This document shows positions 1 through 8,714 of a stretch of 58,810 nucleotides of DNA, one piece after another. The stretch is from Nitrospirota bacterium (lineage in GTDB: Bacteria; Nitrospirota; Thermodesulfovibrionia; Thermodesulfovibrionales; UBA9159), in the NCBI GenBank assembly GCA_023382175.1, contig JAMCQB010000153.1:1713-60522 (forward strand), written 5' to 3'. Numbering within the stretch: position 1 is the first letter of the stretch; each line of letters begins with the position of its first letter. A program made the position numbers and the translations under genes. The notes beneath the pieces were generated by a model, which saw only the letters and a program-made list of their open reading frames with translations, did not search any database and had not been told where the DNA came from.

Positions 1-2037
1 TCAACGTACTCCAACAGGTGCTCCAATCTCGCGGATATCGAGATAATCATCAGGCCGAACACTGATCTGGCAATTCAAAACTTTATCCTGCGGGAGGTCG
101 TCTATAACCGCCCTGAAGCTATAGACTGGGATTTTGTGAATAACAACTGTGCGTTCGCAACGGGTTATGTGGACATTGGCTATGGACTGAGGCCGAAGGT
201 CGACCATGCGAAATACAAAAAAACCGAACTGGACACCGCAAGCAAAGAGGCATACAAGATCATTACGAAAGAGGAAGCAACGGCAATGTCAGCCCTTGGC
301 ATCAAGGCCGGGGACAAGATGGAGATGAAGCACGCCGGCGCTCCGGATGCCCATTGGGCAATCACCTTCGAGGATTTCAAGAAAGGGCTTGAGCCCTATA
401 CCCTCGATTTTGTGGCAGCCCTCGCAAAAGGAGATGCTGACGAATCCTTCGAGGATTTCAAGAAGAAGCTCGTCAAGCTCGCTGACCTCTATACCGAGAA
501 GGGAAGGAAGGTGGTGAGCTTCTGGACCATGGGTTTTAACCAGCATGTCCGGGGCACATGGGTGAATGAGCAGGTCTATTCCATCCATCTCCTCCTCGGA
601 AAGCAGGCACAACCGGGGAATGGCGCCTTCAGCCTCACAGGACAACCAAGCGCCTGCGGAACCGCTCGTGAGGTCGGTACCTTTGCGCACAGACTCCCTG
701 CAGACATGGTCGTGGGAAACCCCAAACACAGGGAGATCACCGAAAAGATATGGAAGCTGCCTGAGGGGACGCTGAACCCTGTGGTCGGCTCACATTATGT
801 GAAGATTATGAGGGACCTGGAAGACGGGAAGGTTAAATGGGTGTGGGTGCAGGTGAATAACCCGTGGCAGAACACGGCCAACGCCAACCACTGGATAACT
901 GCTGCCCGGGAGATGGACAACTTCATCGTTGTGTCAGAGGCGTATCCCGGCATCTCTGCAAAGGTCGCTGACCTTATCCTGCCTGCTGCAATGATCTTCG
1001 AGAAGTGGGGCGCATATGGGAATGCCGAGAGGAGGACCCAGCACTGGAGACAACAGGTCACTCCCCTTGGCAAGGCGATGTCAGATACGTGGCAGCTCGT
1101 GGAATTTTCGAAGAGGTTCCCCCTTTCCGAGGTCTGGAAGGAGCAGAAGATCGATGACAAGACCGCTCTTTCCAACGTCCTGAGCAAGGCAAAAGAAATG
1201 GGCTACAAGGAGACCGATACCCTCTTTGATGTGCTCTTTGCCAACAAGGAGGCGAAGGGATACAAGTGGCCTGATCCCATTGGAGCCGGGTTCCTGAACA
1301 CAGAGGCAGCGGGAGATAGGAGAAATGTGGAGGGTTTCAAGGGGTATGGCTTTTTCCTGCAGAAATACCTCTGGGAGGAATACAGGAAATTCGGCCTCGG
1401 GCATGGGCACGACCTCGCAGACTTCGACGCCTATCAGAAAGTGAGGGGCTTGAGATGGCCTGTTGTTGACGGCAAGGAGACCCTCTGGAGGTTCAATGCA
1501 GAATACGATCCTTATGCGAAAAGGGCTAATCACGGCAAATTCGCATTTTATGGCGTAGCATTCAAGGAGATACCCAAGGGAGACCTCCTCAGCCCCAAGG
1601 GAGACGAGAAGGTGAAACTTCCAAACAAGGCCAAGATATTCCTCAGGCATTATATCGACCCGGCTGAGATTCCCGACGCCGAATACCCATTGTGGCTCTG
1701 TACAGGAAGGGTTCTCGAACACTGGCATAGCGGCACCATGACCATGAGAGTGCCTGAACTCTACCGTGCTGTGCCTGAAGCCCTCTGCTTCATGAACCAG
1801 AAGGACGCCAAGAACGCCGGCTTCAAGGAGGGTGAACTTGTCTGGGTTGAATCCAGGAGAGGGAAGGTGAAGGCGAGGGTAGAGACGCGGGGAAGGAACA
1901 TTCCGCCACAGGGGCTTATCTTCGTTCCCTGGTTCGATGAAAACGTTTTTATCAACAAGGTCACCCTGGATGCAACCTGCCCCCTTTCGAAGGAAACGGA
2001 TTTCAAGAAATGCGCGGTAAAGGTTTACAAGGCGTAG
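1..2037 (+). CDS. napA: Periplasmic nitrate reductase catalytic subunit (5'-truncated by the window edge)
   Basis: Frame 1 is open from base 1 ([25 protein letters not shown]...). Contains NapA motifs [35 protein letters not shown] and the C-terminal DFKKCAVK. Followed by napGHBD. Confidence 0.97.
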   Translation, partial: STYSNRCSNLADIEIIIRPNTDLAIQNFILREVVYNRPEAIDWDFVNNNCAFATGYVDIGYGLRPKVDHAKYKKTELDTASKEAYKIITKEEATAMSALGIKAGDKMEMKHAGAPDAHWAITFEDFKKGLEPYTLDFVAALAKGDADESFEDFKKKLVKLADLYTEKGRKVVSFWTMGFNQHVRGTWVNEQVYSIHLLLGKQAQPGNGAFSLTGQPSACGTAREVGTFAHRLPADMVVGNPKHREITEKIWKLPEGTLNPVVGSHYVKIMRDLEDGKVKWVWVQVNNPWQNTANANHWITAAREMDNFIVVSEAYPGISAKVADLILPAAMIFEKWGAYGNAERRTQHWRQQVTPLGKAMSDTWQLVEFSKRFPLSEVWKEQKIDDKTALSNVLSKAKEMGYKETDTLFDVLFANKEAKGYKWPDPIGAGFLNTEAAGDRRNVEGFKGYGFFLQKYLWEEYRKFGLGHGHDLADFDAYQKVRGLRWPVVDGKETLWRFNAEYDPYAKRANHGKFAFYGVAFKEIPKGDLLSPKGDEKVKLPNKAKIFLRHYIDPAEIPDAEYPLWLCTGRVLEHWHSGTMTMRVPELYRAVPEALCFMNQKDAKNAGFKEGELVWVESRRGKVKARVETRGRNIPPQGLIFVPWFDENVFINKVTLDATCPLSKETDFKKCAVKVYKA

Positions 2038-2052
2038 GGGTTTCAGCTACGT

Positions 2053-2865
2053 ATGTCCAGGGATGAGAGGGCTGAGAAGATGCCTGAAAGAAGAAGGTTT
2101 CTTATCGGCGTGGTGAAGGGCATCGGTGCTGCAGCAGTGGGGGGCCTCGTCTGGAACGGTTTCCTGGACGGCAAAAAGGCCTATCCTTTTGTCCTGCGGC
2201 CCCCCGGCGCCGTCACAGAGGAAAAGTTCCTCGCCAAATGCACCAAATGCGGGATATGTGTTGAGGCCTGTCCTTACAAGGCGCTGATCCTTGCCAGACC
2301 CGGTGATGAAAGGCCCGTCGGGACACCCTATTTCGCCATGAGGGAGAACCCGTGCCGCATGTGCAAGGATATCCCTTGCGCTGCTGCATGCCCTACCGGC
2401 GCCCTTGATCTTTCCCTTGTGAGCGGAAAGGATGAGCAGGGAAGGACAAAGCCCGATATCAACCTTGCCAGGATAGGCCTTGCAGTGATCGACAGGGAGA
2501 CCTGCGTGGCATACTGGGGTATTCAGTGCGACGCCTGCTACCGCTCATGCCCGGTCATGGACAAGGCGATTAAAGTGGAATACCTGAGGAATGAGAGGAC
2601 AGGAAAGCATGCCCTACTGGCGCCCATTGTCCACAGTGAACACTGCACCGGATGCGGAATGTGCGAGAGGGCATGTGTTACGGAGAAGGCATCCATCTTT
2701 GTCCTCCCGAGGCATATTGCCATGGGCGAATCTTCAGCGCGGTATATAAAAGGCTGGGACAGCAGTGATGAGCAGCGTATGGGTGAACTTCCTGAGGAAA
2801 CAAAGACCATTACGCCCAGGTCACAGAAAAATCCCCTTGACTATCTCAACCAGGGAGGTTTTTGA
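2053..2865 (+). CDS. napG: Ferredoxin-type protein NapG
   Basis: Tat-like ERRRFL leader, LRPPGA, and four 4Fe-4S Cys clusters (CTKCGICVEACP ... CTGCGMCERAC). Confidence 0.95.
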   Translation: MSRDERAEKMPERRRFLIGVVKGIGAAAVGGLVWNGFLDGKKAYPFVLRPPGAVTEEKFLAKCTKCGICVEACPYKALILARPGDERPVGTPYFAMRENPCRMCKDIPCAAACPTGALDLSLVSGKDEQGRTKPDINLARIGLAVIDRETCVAYWGIQCDACYRSCPVMDKAIKVEYLRNERTGKHALLAPIVHSEHCTGCGMCERACVTEKASIFVLPRHIAMGESSARYIKGWDSSDEQRMGELPEETKTITPRSQKNPLDYLNQGGF

Positions 2866-3671
2866 TCGTGCGGGATATGAGGAAATACAAGTACATGGTG
2901 CTTCGGAGAAGCTCGCAGGTATCCCTCCTGTTCCTCTTCATTGCGGGAAACATCCTCGGCTGGAACGCACTGAGGGGGAACCTCAGTGCCTCGATAATTC
3001 TCGGCAAGATACCCCTCACCGACCCCTTCGCACTTCTTCAGATCTTTGCAACAGGGAATATGATCTCAGCAGAGGCGCTCGAGGGAGCATTGATAGTAAC
3101 GGTCCTTTTTGGTCTTGTGTGCGGGAGGGCCTTTTGCAGCTGGGTATGTCCGCTGAATATGGTGACGGACCTGGCGAACCGGCTCAGGGAGAAGATGAAG
3201 CTGGATGCAGAAAACAGAAATCCCTTTTTGAGCAGGAAGGCACGGTACTGGGTCATCGGCATCAGCCTCGTGCTTTCCTTCGCCACTGGGGTGGCTGCCT
3301 TCGAGTGGATAAGCCCCATATCAATGTTTCATAGAGGAGTGATCTTCGGCATGGGAGTTGGCTGGACAGCTGTTCTTGCCATATTCCTCTTCGACCTCCT
3401 TATTGCGAGGAATGGCTTCTGCGGCCATCTCTGCCCGCTGGGAGGTTTCTATTCCCTCATCACGAGGTTCAGCCTCGTCAGGGTGAGGCATTACAAGGAG
3501 AAATGCACGCAATGCATGAAATGTACAGATATCTGTCCCGAAAGACAGGCGCTGCCCATGGTAGGAAAGACAAGCTCCATGGTTGTTTCAGGAGAATGTA
3601 CAAACTGTGCCAGGTGTATCGAGGTCTGTGATGATGATGCCATGAGATTCGGAATACGATATGTTTCCTGA
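2862..3671 (+). CDS. napH: Quinol dehydrogenase membrane subunit NapH
   Basis: TM helices, GRAFCSWVCP, FCGHLCPLG and two C-terminal 4Fe-4S motifs. TTG start after GGAGG overlaps the napG stop. Confidence 0.95.
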   Translation: MIVRDMRKYKYMVLRRSSQVSLLFLFIAGNILGWNALRGNLSASIILGKIPLTDPFALLQIFATGNMISAEALEGALIVTVLFGLVCGRAFCSWVCPLNMVTDLANRLREKMKLDAENRNPFLSRKARYWVIGISLVLSFATGVAAFEWISPISMFHRGVIFGMGVGWTAVLAIFLFDLLIARNGFCGHLCPLGGFYSLITRFSLVRVRHYKEKCTQCMKCTDICPERQALPMVGKTSSMVVSGECTNCARCIEVCDDDAMRFGIRYVS

Positions 3672-3708
3672 TAAAAAGAAGAGAGTCAGGAAAAAGAAGG
3701 AGGCTTAT

Positions 3709-4263
3709 ATGATAAGAAATGCTCAAAGAAGAATGATCGCTGCCTTGGTTGTAATCGTTATCCTTTTCGGCGCAGGCGTTGCTATGGCAGACAAAAAAGA
3801 GAAGGCTAAGAGCGAGGAAGATATGGGACTCAGGAAGGAGTCGATCTATGAAGAGGAAAAGGTTAAACCTGGACATGGAGAATACAGTAAGGCCGAGCCG
3901 GGCAAAAGCAAGAAGATAGAGAGGGCATTTGAAAACAGTCCTCCCCTGATACCCCATGACCTGACCGGCATGCTTCCCATCGCAGAGACGAACAATATGT
4001 GCCTTAACTGCCATATGCCCGATGTGGCGAAAGGCCTCGGGGCAACGGCATTGCCGAAATCCCATTTTATTGATATGGAAACAGGCAAGGATCTGAAAGG
4101 GAAGCTTGACGGCAAACGCTACAACTGCATGCAATGCCATGTCCCGCAGGTGAACATCCCTGAGCCCATAAAGAACCGGTTCAAGGCTGATTTCAGGTCC
4201 AAGAAGAGCAGAACAAGCTCTAACCTGATCGATTCCCTGAATGAAGGGGTGAAGGCAGAATGA
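3709..4263 (+). CDS. napB: Diheme cytochrome c subunit NapB
   Basis: Signal peptide, RAFENSPPLIPH, and heme motifs CLNCH and CMQCH. ATG at 3709 follows AAGGAGG. Confidence 0.93.
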   Translation: MIRNAQRRMIAALVVIVILFGAGVAMADKKEKAKSEEDMGLRKESIYEEEKVKPGHGEYSKAEPGKSKKIERAFENSPPLIPHDLTGMLPIAETNNMCLNCHMPDVAKGLGATALPKSHFIDMETGKDLKGKLDGKRYNCMQCHVPQVNIPEPIKNRFKADFRSKKSRTSSNLIDSLNEGVKAE

Positions 4264-4556
4264 ATATATCAGGCATAGTGGTCAAGACAGCGCCTGAACA
4301 TCTCCGGAATGTGCTGGACAGCCTGAAGTCTTCAGGGGTATGCGATGTCCATTTCCATGACGATTCAGGGAAGATAATCGTCACGGTGGAGGGCAAAGAT
4401 ACCGGTGAAGAGGTCAGGAAGATGAAGGAGATAATGAACATGCCGCACGTGCTCTCCGCCGGCCTGGCGTATTCTTACAACGAAAAAGAACTGAATGATG
4501 CCATACAGCAGTTCAAGGAGGGAGGAAAGGCTGTTCCTGATGGGCTGAAAGAGTAG
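4260..4556 (+). CDS. napD: NapA chaperone NapD
   Basis: MNISGIVV...GKIIVTVEG is typical of NapD; last gene of the nap operon. Confidence 0.92.
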   Translation: MNISGIVVKTAPEHLRNVLDSLKSSGVCDVHFHDDSGKIIVTVEGKDTGEEVRKMKEIMNMPHVLSAGLAYSYNEKELNDAIQQFKEGGKAVPDGLKE

Positions 4557-4557
4557 T

Positions 4558-4580
4558 CTCCGGGCGCTTCTGGCCCGGAG
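4558..4580. terminator. GC-rich hairpin after napD (possible terminator between convergent genes)
   Basis: CTCCGGGC-gcttctg-GCCCGGAG, an 8-bp stem directly after the napD stop; weak U-tract. Confidence 0.5.
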
Positions 4581-4585
4581 GTGAT

Positions 4586-4642
4586 TCATTTGAGGATTCC
4601 TCTCACAATTATATCCACCGCTTCCTCGGGATTAAGCCCGTG
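4586..4642 (-). pseudogene. Possible 3'-terminal remnant of a SufB/SufD-type Fe-S assembly gene
   Basis: Minus strand reads HGLNPEEAVDIIVRGILK*, which resembles, from recall, the C-terminus of short SufB/D proteins (LMARGL..EEAVD.IV.G.L). Only 18 aa are recognisable. Confidence 0.4.
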
Positions 4643-4724
4643 AACCTCCCCTGATTCGCCTGCAAGAGACAGTCCTGATTTTCGCTTACTTTATATGCAC
4701 TGTCATTCATTTCAAGCAGTGGTG

Positions 4725-6548
4725 TCATATCTCTCTTTTATTAATCTTTTGATAAAACTCACATTTCTTGCAATCCTCGTATTTCTGTGCAAAGGTCCCC
4801 TGCACCTTGCCTTCACAAAATGTGCCTGCCACTACCCAGCATATCCTTCCAAAATTCGGGTATGCAGGACATTTTATTGTTGCGTCTTTATCTCTCCCAC
4901 ATTTCATGTATTCCCAGCATTTTATCTTTAGTGATTCCTCCTCACTCTGGTATGGGAAATAGAGACTGAATGTAGAGCCTTTTCCCATGGTGCTTTCTGC
5001 CATTACGAAGCCGCCATGCTCCTCCAAAATCTTTCTTGTTATTGAAAGCCCAAGCCCTGTGCCACGACTAATCTCTTTTGTTGTGAAGAACGGTTCAAAT
5101 ATCATAGGCAACTTGTCTTCAGGTATCCCCTGCCCTGTATCAGACACCTTCAAGTATATATATATTGCATTGTGTAAGTCCTCTTTACCTGCTATTACTT
5201 TTAATGTGCCGCCATGAGGCATTGCATCTATCGCATTGGTAATGAGATTACTGAATGCTTGTCTTACCTGCTCTCTATCTATGAGAAGAGGGGGAAGGTG
5301 CTCTTCTATTTTTATTTCTCTATTTATTAACTGTTCTTTGCACAGATCCTCATATATTATTAATACATCATGAATGACTTCTTCTATGTTATGTCTTTCG
5401 AGGTGATATCTTGCTTCCCTTGAAAATGCAAGGACATTCCTCAATATCTTCTCGAGACTATTTACATTACATACTATAACATCAGCATATTCTTTCTCTT
5501 TCTCCTGTGTAACGACCTTGGATAGTCTATGGGCAAATCCACCGAGAGCAGTGAGGGGGTTTCTTATTTCATGCGCCACATCTGCGGTTAGCCTTCCCAG
5601 TGATGCAAGCTTTTCTGCCTGAATAAGTTTGGCCTGCGATTTTCTCAACTCATCCGTTTTTTTTGCAATTTCATCTTCCAGGGTCTTTGTCCAATTTTCC
5701 ATCCTTTCCTTCGCTATGTTGAGGTCTTTAGTCATTACATTAAAGGTTTTTGCAAGCAGACCCATTTCATCCTGAGAAGTGAGAGTGACCGTTTGAGTTA
5801 AGTCACCATCCGCAACTTTTTCCATTGCATGCGAAAGGGTTGAAACTGGTTTCATGACTAATTTCCGGAGTATAAAATAGAGCAAGATGGAACTGATGCT
5901 TATCAGGACAATGCCATAGATAGTGATCTCGATGGTTTGCTTCTTTATATTTTCATCAACGGAAGAGAGTGAAAAATCGGTCTCAAGTATGCCGAGAACC
6001 CTCTGATTCTGAGGATGGGCATGGCAGGCTGCTGTATAGCATGAAGGTTCATTGTAAATTGGGTCAACAAATGTCAAAATCCTGTATCCCTCTTTGCCTT
6101 TGTATATTGTCCATTGGTTCTTACCTGCCACAGTTATGGATGGTTTTTCAGGGTCGATATGACAACCAATACAGGCAGGCGAAGTTCTATTGACCAGCTG
6201 CCCGATATCATTCTTTTGTAATGAGTAGAAAATCCTCCCTTTGCTGTCAAATATCCTTATTCTTTTGATATCCTCTCGTGAACCGATACTTTCCAAAGTG
6301 TGCTGAATGGCTTCCCTGTGAAAGGTGAGCATGCTGTGCCGGGTGCTTCTCCTCACGAGGTCGGAGTAGGAAGCGGCATGCCTTATGGCGTTGTTCAGAA
6401 GATTTTTCCGTGCGGTATCAATGAGCGTGTACCATGATATGCCGGCGCCAATTACAATGAGCAGGCCAAGGGCAATAATAAGTTTACCGGCGAGGGATTT
6501 GGCAATACGGCTGAAAGGATTTCTCATCATTGGTAATAATCCTTCCAT
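4725..6548 (-). CDS. Orphan sensor histidine kinase: periplasmic heme-c motifs, HAMP, HisKA/HATPase, C-terminal Cys/Trp (two-CW-like) domain
   Basis: Two TM helices flank a periplasmic region with CIGCH and CYTAACH. H-box AHEIRNPL, G-boxes DTGQGI and GTGLGL. Tail KCWEYMKCGR...CPAY...ICWVVAGTFC...CKKCEFY. Confidence 0.9.
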   Translation of the reverse strand: MEGLLPMMRNPFSRIAKSLAGKLIIALGLLIVIGAGISWYTLIDTARKNLLNNAIRHAASYSDLVRRSTRHSMLTFHREAIQHTLESIGSREDIKRIRIFDSKGRIFYSLQKNDIGQLVNRTSPACIGCHIDPEKPSITVAGKNQWTIYKGKEGYRILTFVDPIYNEPSCYTAACHAHPQNQRVLGILETDFSLSSVDENIKKQTIEITIYGIVLISISSILLYFILRKLVMKPVSTLSHAMEKVADGDLTQTVTLTSQDEMGLLAKTFNVMTKDLNIAKERMENWTKTLEDEIAKKTDELRKSQAKLIQAEKLASLGRLTADVAHEIRNPLTALGGFAHRLSKVVTQEKEKEYADVIVCNVNSLEKILRNVLAFSREARYHLERHNIEEVIHDVLIIYEDLCKEQLINREIKIEEHLPPLLIDREQVRQAFSNLITNAIDAMPHGGTLKVIAGKEDLHNAIYIYLKVSDTGQGIPEDKLPMIFEPFFTTKEISRGTGLGLSITRKILEEHGGFVMAESTMGKGSTFSLYFPYQSEEESLKIKCWEYMKCGRDKDATIKCPAYPNFGRICWVVAGTFCEGKVQGTFAQKYEDCKKCEFYQKINKREI

Positions 6549-6714
6549 ATCACCTGCTACTAAGTATAAATACCCTCAAAGATTCTCTCGTCGTCATCGT
6601 ATATAAGTCCTTTCATCTCCAGCAGGTATATCTTATTTTAAATTATTTGTTATCGCGAAATACATCCCTGCTACTGCCAGTATCGCATCGCATCAACTTC
6701 GCTTCCCCATTGTA

Positions 6715-6884
6715 TCAGTCATGTTTTTCCCCCTCAGCTTCAAGATTCTTGATAAAATCCTCTATCCTGTCCTTTATCTCATCCCGCGCCCGTCTGAATT
6801 CTTTTATGATTTCCTCTTCTGTCCCCACTGCGCCCACCGGGTCTTTGATCGGCCACCTGTGCACAGAAACATTACCTTAAGCAT
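6715..6884 (-). pseudogene. arsC: Thioredoxin-type (LMW-PTP fold) arsenate reductase with a large internal deletion
   Basis: RBS GGAGG, then ATG at 6884 encoding MLKVMFLCTG (start of the P-loop). This is joined out of frame to WPIKDPVGAVGTEEEIIKEFRRARDEIKDRIEDFIKNL...*, a typical ArsC C-terminus. The middle of the gene is missing. Confidence 0.85.
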
Positions 6885-6983
6885 CCTTACCTCCCCCAGC
6901 ACATTCTTTTGTCTTTAAGGTTTGCAACATTGAAGTGATGCCGAATATTGCATTGAAGAGAACCATACTCTTATAATAAAAAG

Positions 6984-8714
6984 GTGACGGGGAAAAGACT
7001 TGTCTTAATCTTCTTTGTATCTGTTTTCTTCTTGTCCGGCCTGCAAATAGGTTATGCTCTGAAACAGCAGCCTCATGAACCGGAAGGAGTATTTGTTTCC
7101 CAACCTGTGAGGATCGGCGTATCATCAATGATCACACCTGTTGATGCGGTGAAGTATTACCAGGAGATAATTGATTACATAGGAGAACAGATAAAGCAGC
7201 CGGTCCAAATGGTCCACAGAAGGACCTACGATGAAATGGATTCGCTGCTTGAAAAAGGCGAGGTTAAGATTGCGTTCATCTGCTCTGCTCCCTATGTGAA
7301 GAACCGAGAACAGTTCGGCGTTGAACTCCTTGTAGCGCCGAGTGTGAATGGAAGTTCCACATACCACTCATACATCATCGTCCACAAGGATAGTCCTGTC
7401 AAGTCATTCTCGGAGTTAAAAGGGAAAGTCTTTGCCTTTACTGACCCCAAGTCCAATACCGGCAAGCTCTATCCAACCTATCTGTTGAAGACGATGGGTT
7501 TTACGCCTGAGAAATTCTTTAAACGATATATGTATAGTTACAGCCACAATAAATCAGTTGAGCTGGTCGCCAAAAGAGTTGTAGATGGCGTTGCCGTAGA
7601 GAGCCTTGTTTATGAATATATGCTCAAAAAGGACTCACCCTATGCAAAACAGACAAGGATCATAAAGCGATCACCTCCCTATGGAATACCGCCTGTTGTG
7701 GTAACCAAAGATATTGATCCGGATCTCAAGAAAAAGATAAAGGACGCCTTTTTAAATATGCATAAGACAGAGAAGGGTAGGGCGATCCTCAATTCAATGA
7801 TGATAGATGGTTTTGTGCAAGTATCGGACAATGCCTATGACTCGATAAGGAAGATGGAGCGGGCCACTGTCGACGTCCCCAGGGCGGCAGGAAAGATCAG
7901 AGATAAAAAAATTGTTTACTTCGGAGTGATCCCAAGGGACAACCCGAGGATCATGTACGAAAAATACCAGCCCCTTCTTGATTATCTTGCGGGTAAGACG
8001 CCATACACCTATGAATTGGTCCTGAAGAAAAACTATGAAGAGACGGTGAATGCCCTCGGAAACGGGGAAATGGACGTTGCCTTGCTCGGACCTCTCACGT
8101 ATCTTGAGGCCCGGGCAAAATACGGGGCAATCTCTATCCTGAAGCCCAGAGGCGCTGATGGCAATGCAAATTACAAAAGCGTCATCATAAAAAAGAAGGA
8201 TTCCCCTATCAGCGGTCCTTCTGAGCTGAAAGGGAAAAGAGTGGCCTTTGCTTCATCCAAATCCACGTCAGGGAACCTGCTGCCCCGGTACCTCCTTGCC
8301 AGCTCCGGAATACACCTCAGTGACCTGAGCGCTTATGCTAATTTTGACTATCACGATTCCGTCGTAAAAGCGATCCTGAAGGGCCAGTATGATGCCGGGG
8401 CGGTGCGGGATGCGGTGGCGAAGAAGTACATGCAACTCGGCATAGAAACCATTGCAGAGTCCGAGTCCATCTCCACGGGTCCCCTTGTTGTCGGGCCGGG
8501 CACACCGTTCTCAGTCATAGAAAACATAAAGAGGGCCCTTCTTGAACTGGATCCCCGGGACAGCAACAGCCAGAAGATATTGAGGCGTCTTGATGAAGAC
8601 TTTAAGAACGGCTTTACTGGGGCCTCAGACAAAGATTATGAGGACATACGGGCAAAGATCAATGCTGTTCCGCAGACCTGCGGCAGGGGATGCCATCCGA
8701 AGATAAAGCTATGA
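6984..8714 (+). CDS. arrX: Periplasmic oxyanion-binding sensor, ArrX/ArrT/AioX-like, with two tandem PhnD-family domains
   Basis: Signal peptide. Domain 1 has AFICSAPY (Cys100) and DPKSNTG; domain 2 has STSGNL and HDSV. Coupled via ATGA to the kinase upstream of arrA. Confidence 0.8.
   Translation: MTGKRLVLIFFVSVFFLSGLQIGYALKQQPHEPEGVFVSQPVRIGVSSMITPVDAVKYYQEIIDYIGEQIKQPVQMVHRRTYDEMDSLLEKGEVKIAFICSAPYVKNREQFGVELLVAPSVNGSSTYHSYIIVHKDSPVKSFSELKGKVFAFTDPKSNTGKLYPTYLLKTMGFTPEKFFKRYMYSYSHNKSVELVAKRVVDGVAVESLVYEYMLKKDSPYAKQTRIIKRSPPYGIPPVVVTKDIDPDLKKKIKDAFLNMHKTEKGRAILNSMMIDGFVQVSDNAYDSIRKMERATVDVPRAAGKIRDKKIVYFGVIPRDNPRIMYEKYQPLLDYLAGKTPYTYELVLKKNYEETVNALGNGEMDVALLGPLTYLEARAKYGAISILKPRGADGNANYKSVIIKKKDSPISGPSELKGKRVAFASSKSTSGNLLPRYLLASSGIHLSDLSAYANFDYHDSVVKAILKGQYDAGAVRDAVAKKYMQLGIETIAESESISTGPLVVGPGTPFSVIENIKRALLELDPRDSNSQKILRRLDEDFKNGFTGASDKDYEDIRAKINAVPQTCGRGCHPKIKL

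Noticed and set aside
1-207. 68-aa minus-strand ORF, and a napA start at 136
   Set aside because: Frame +1 is open from base 1 with NapA-like sequence, so the gene is 5'-truncated and the minus ORF is a shadow.
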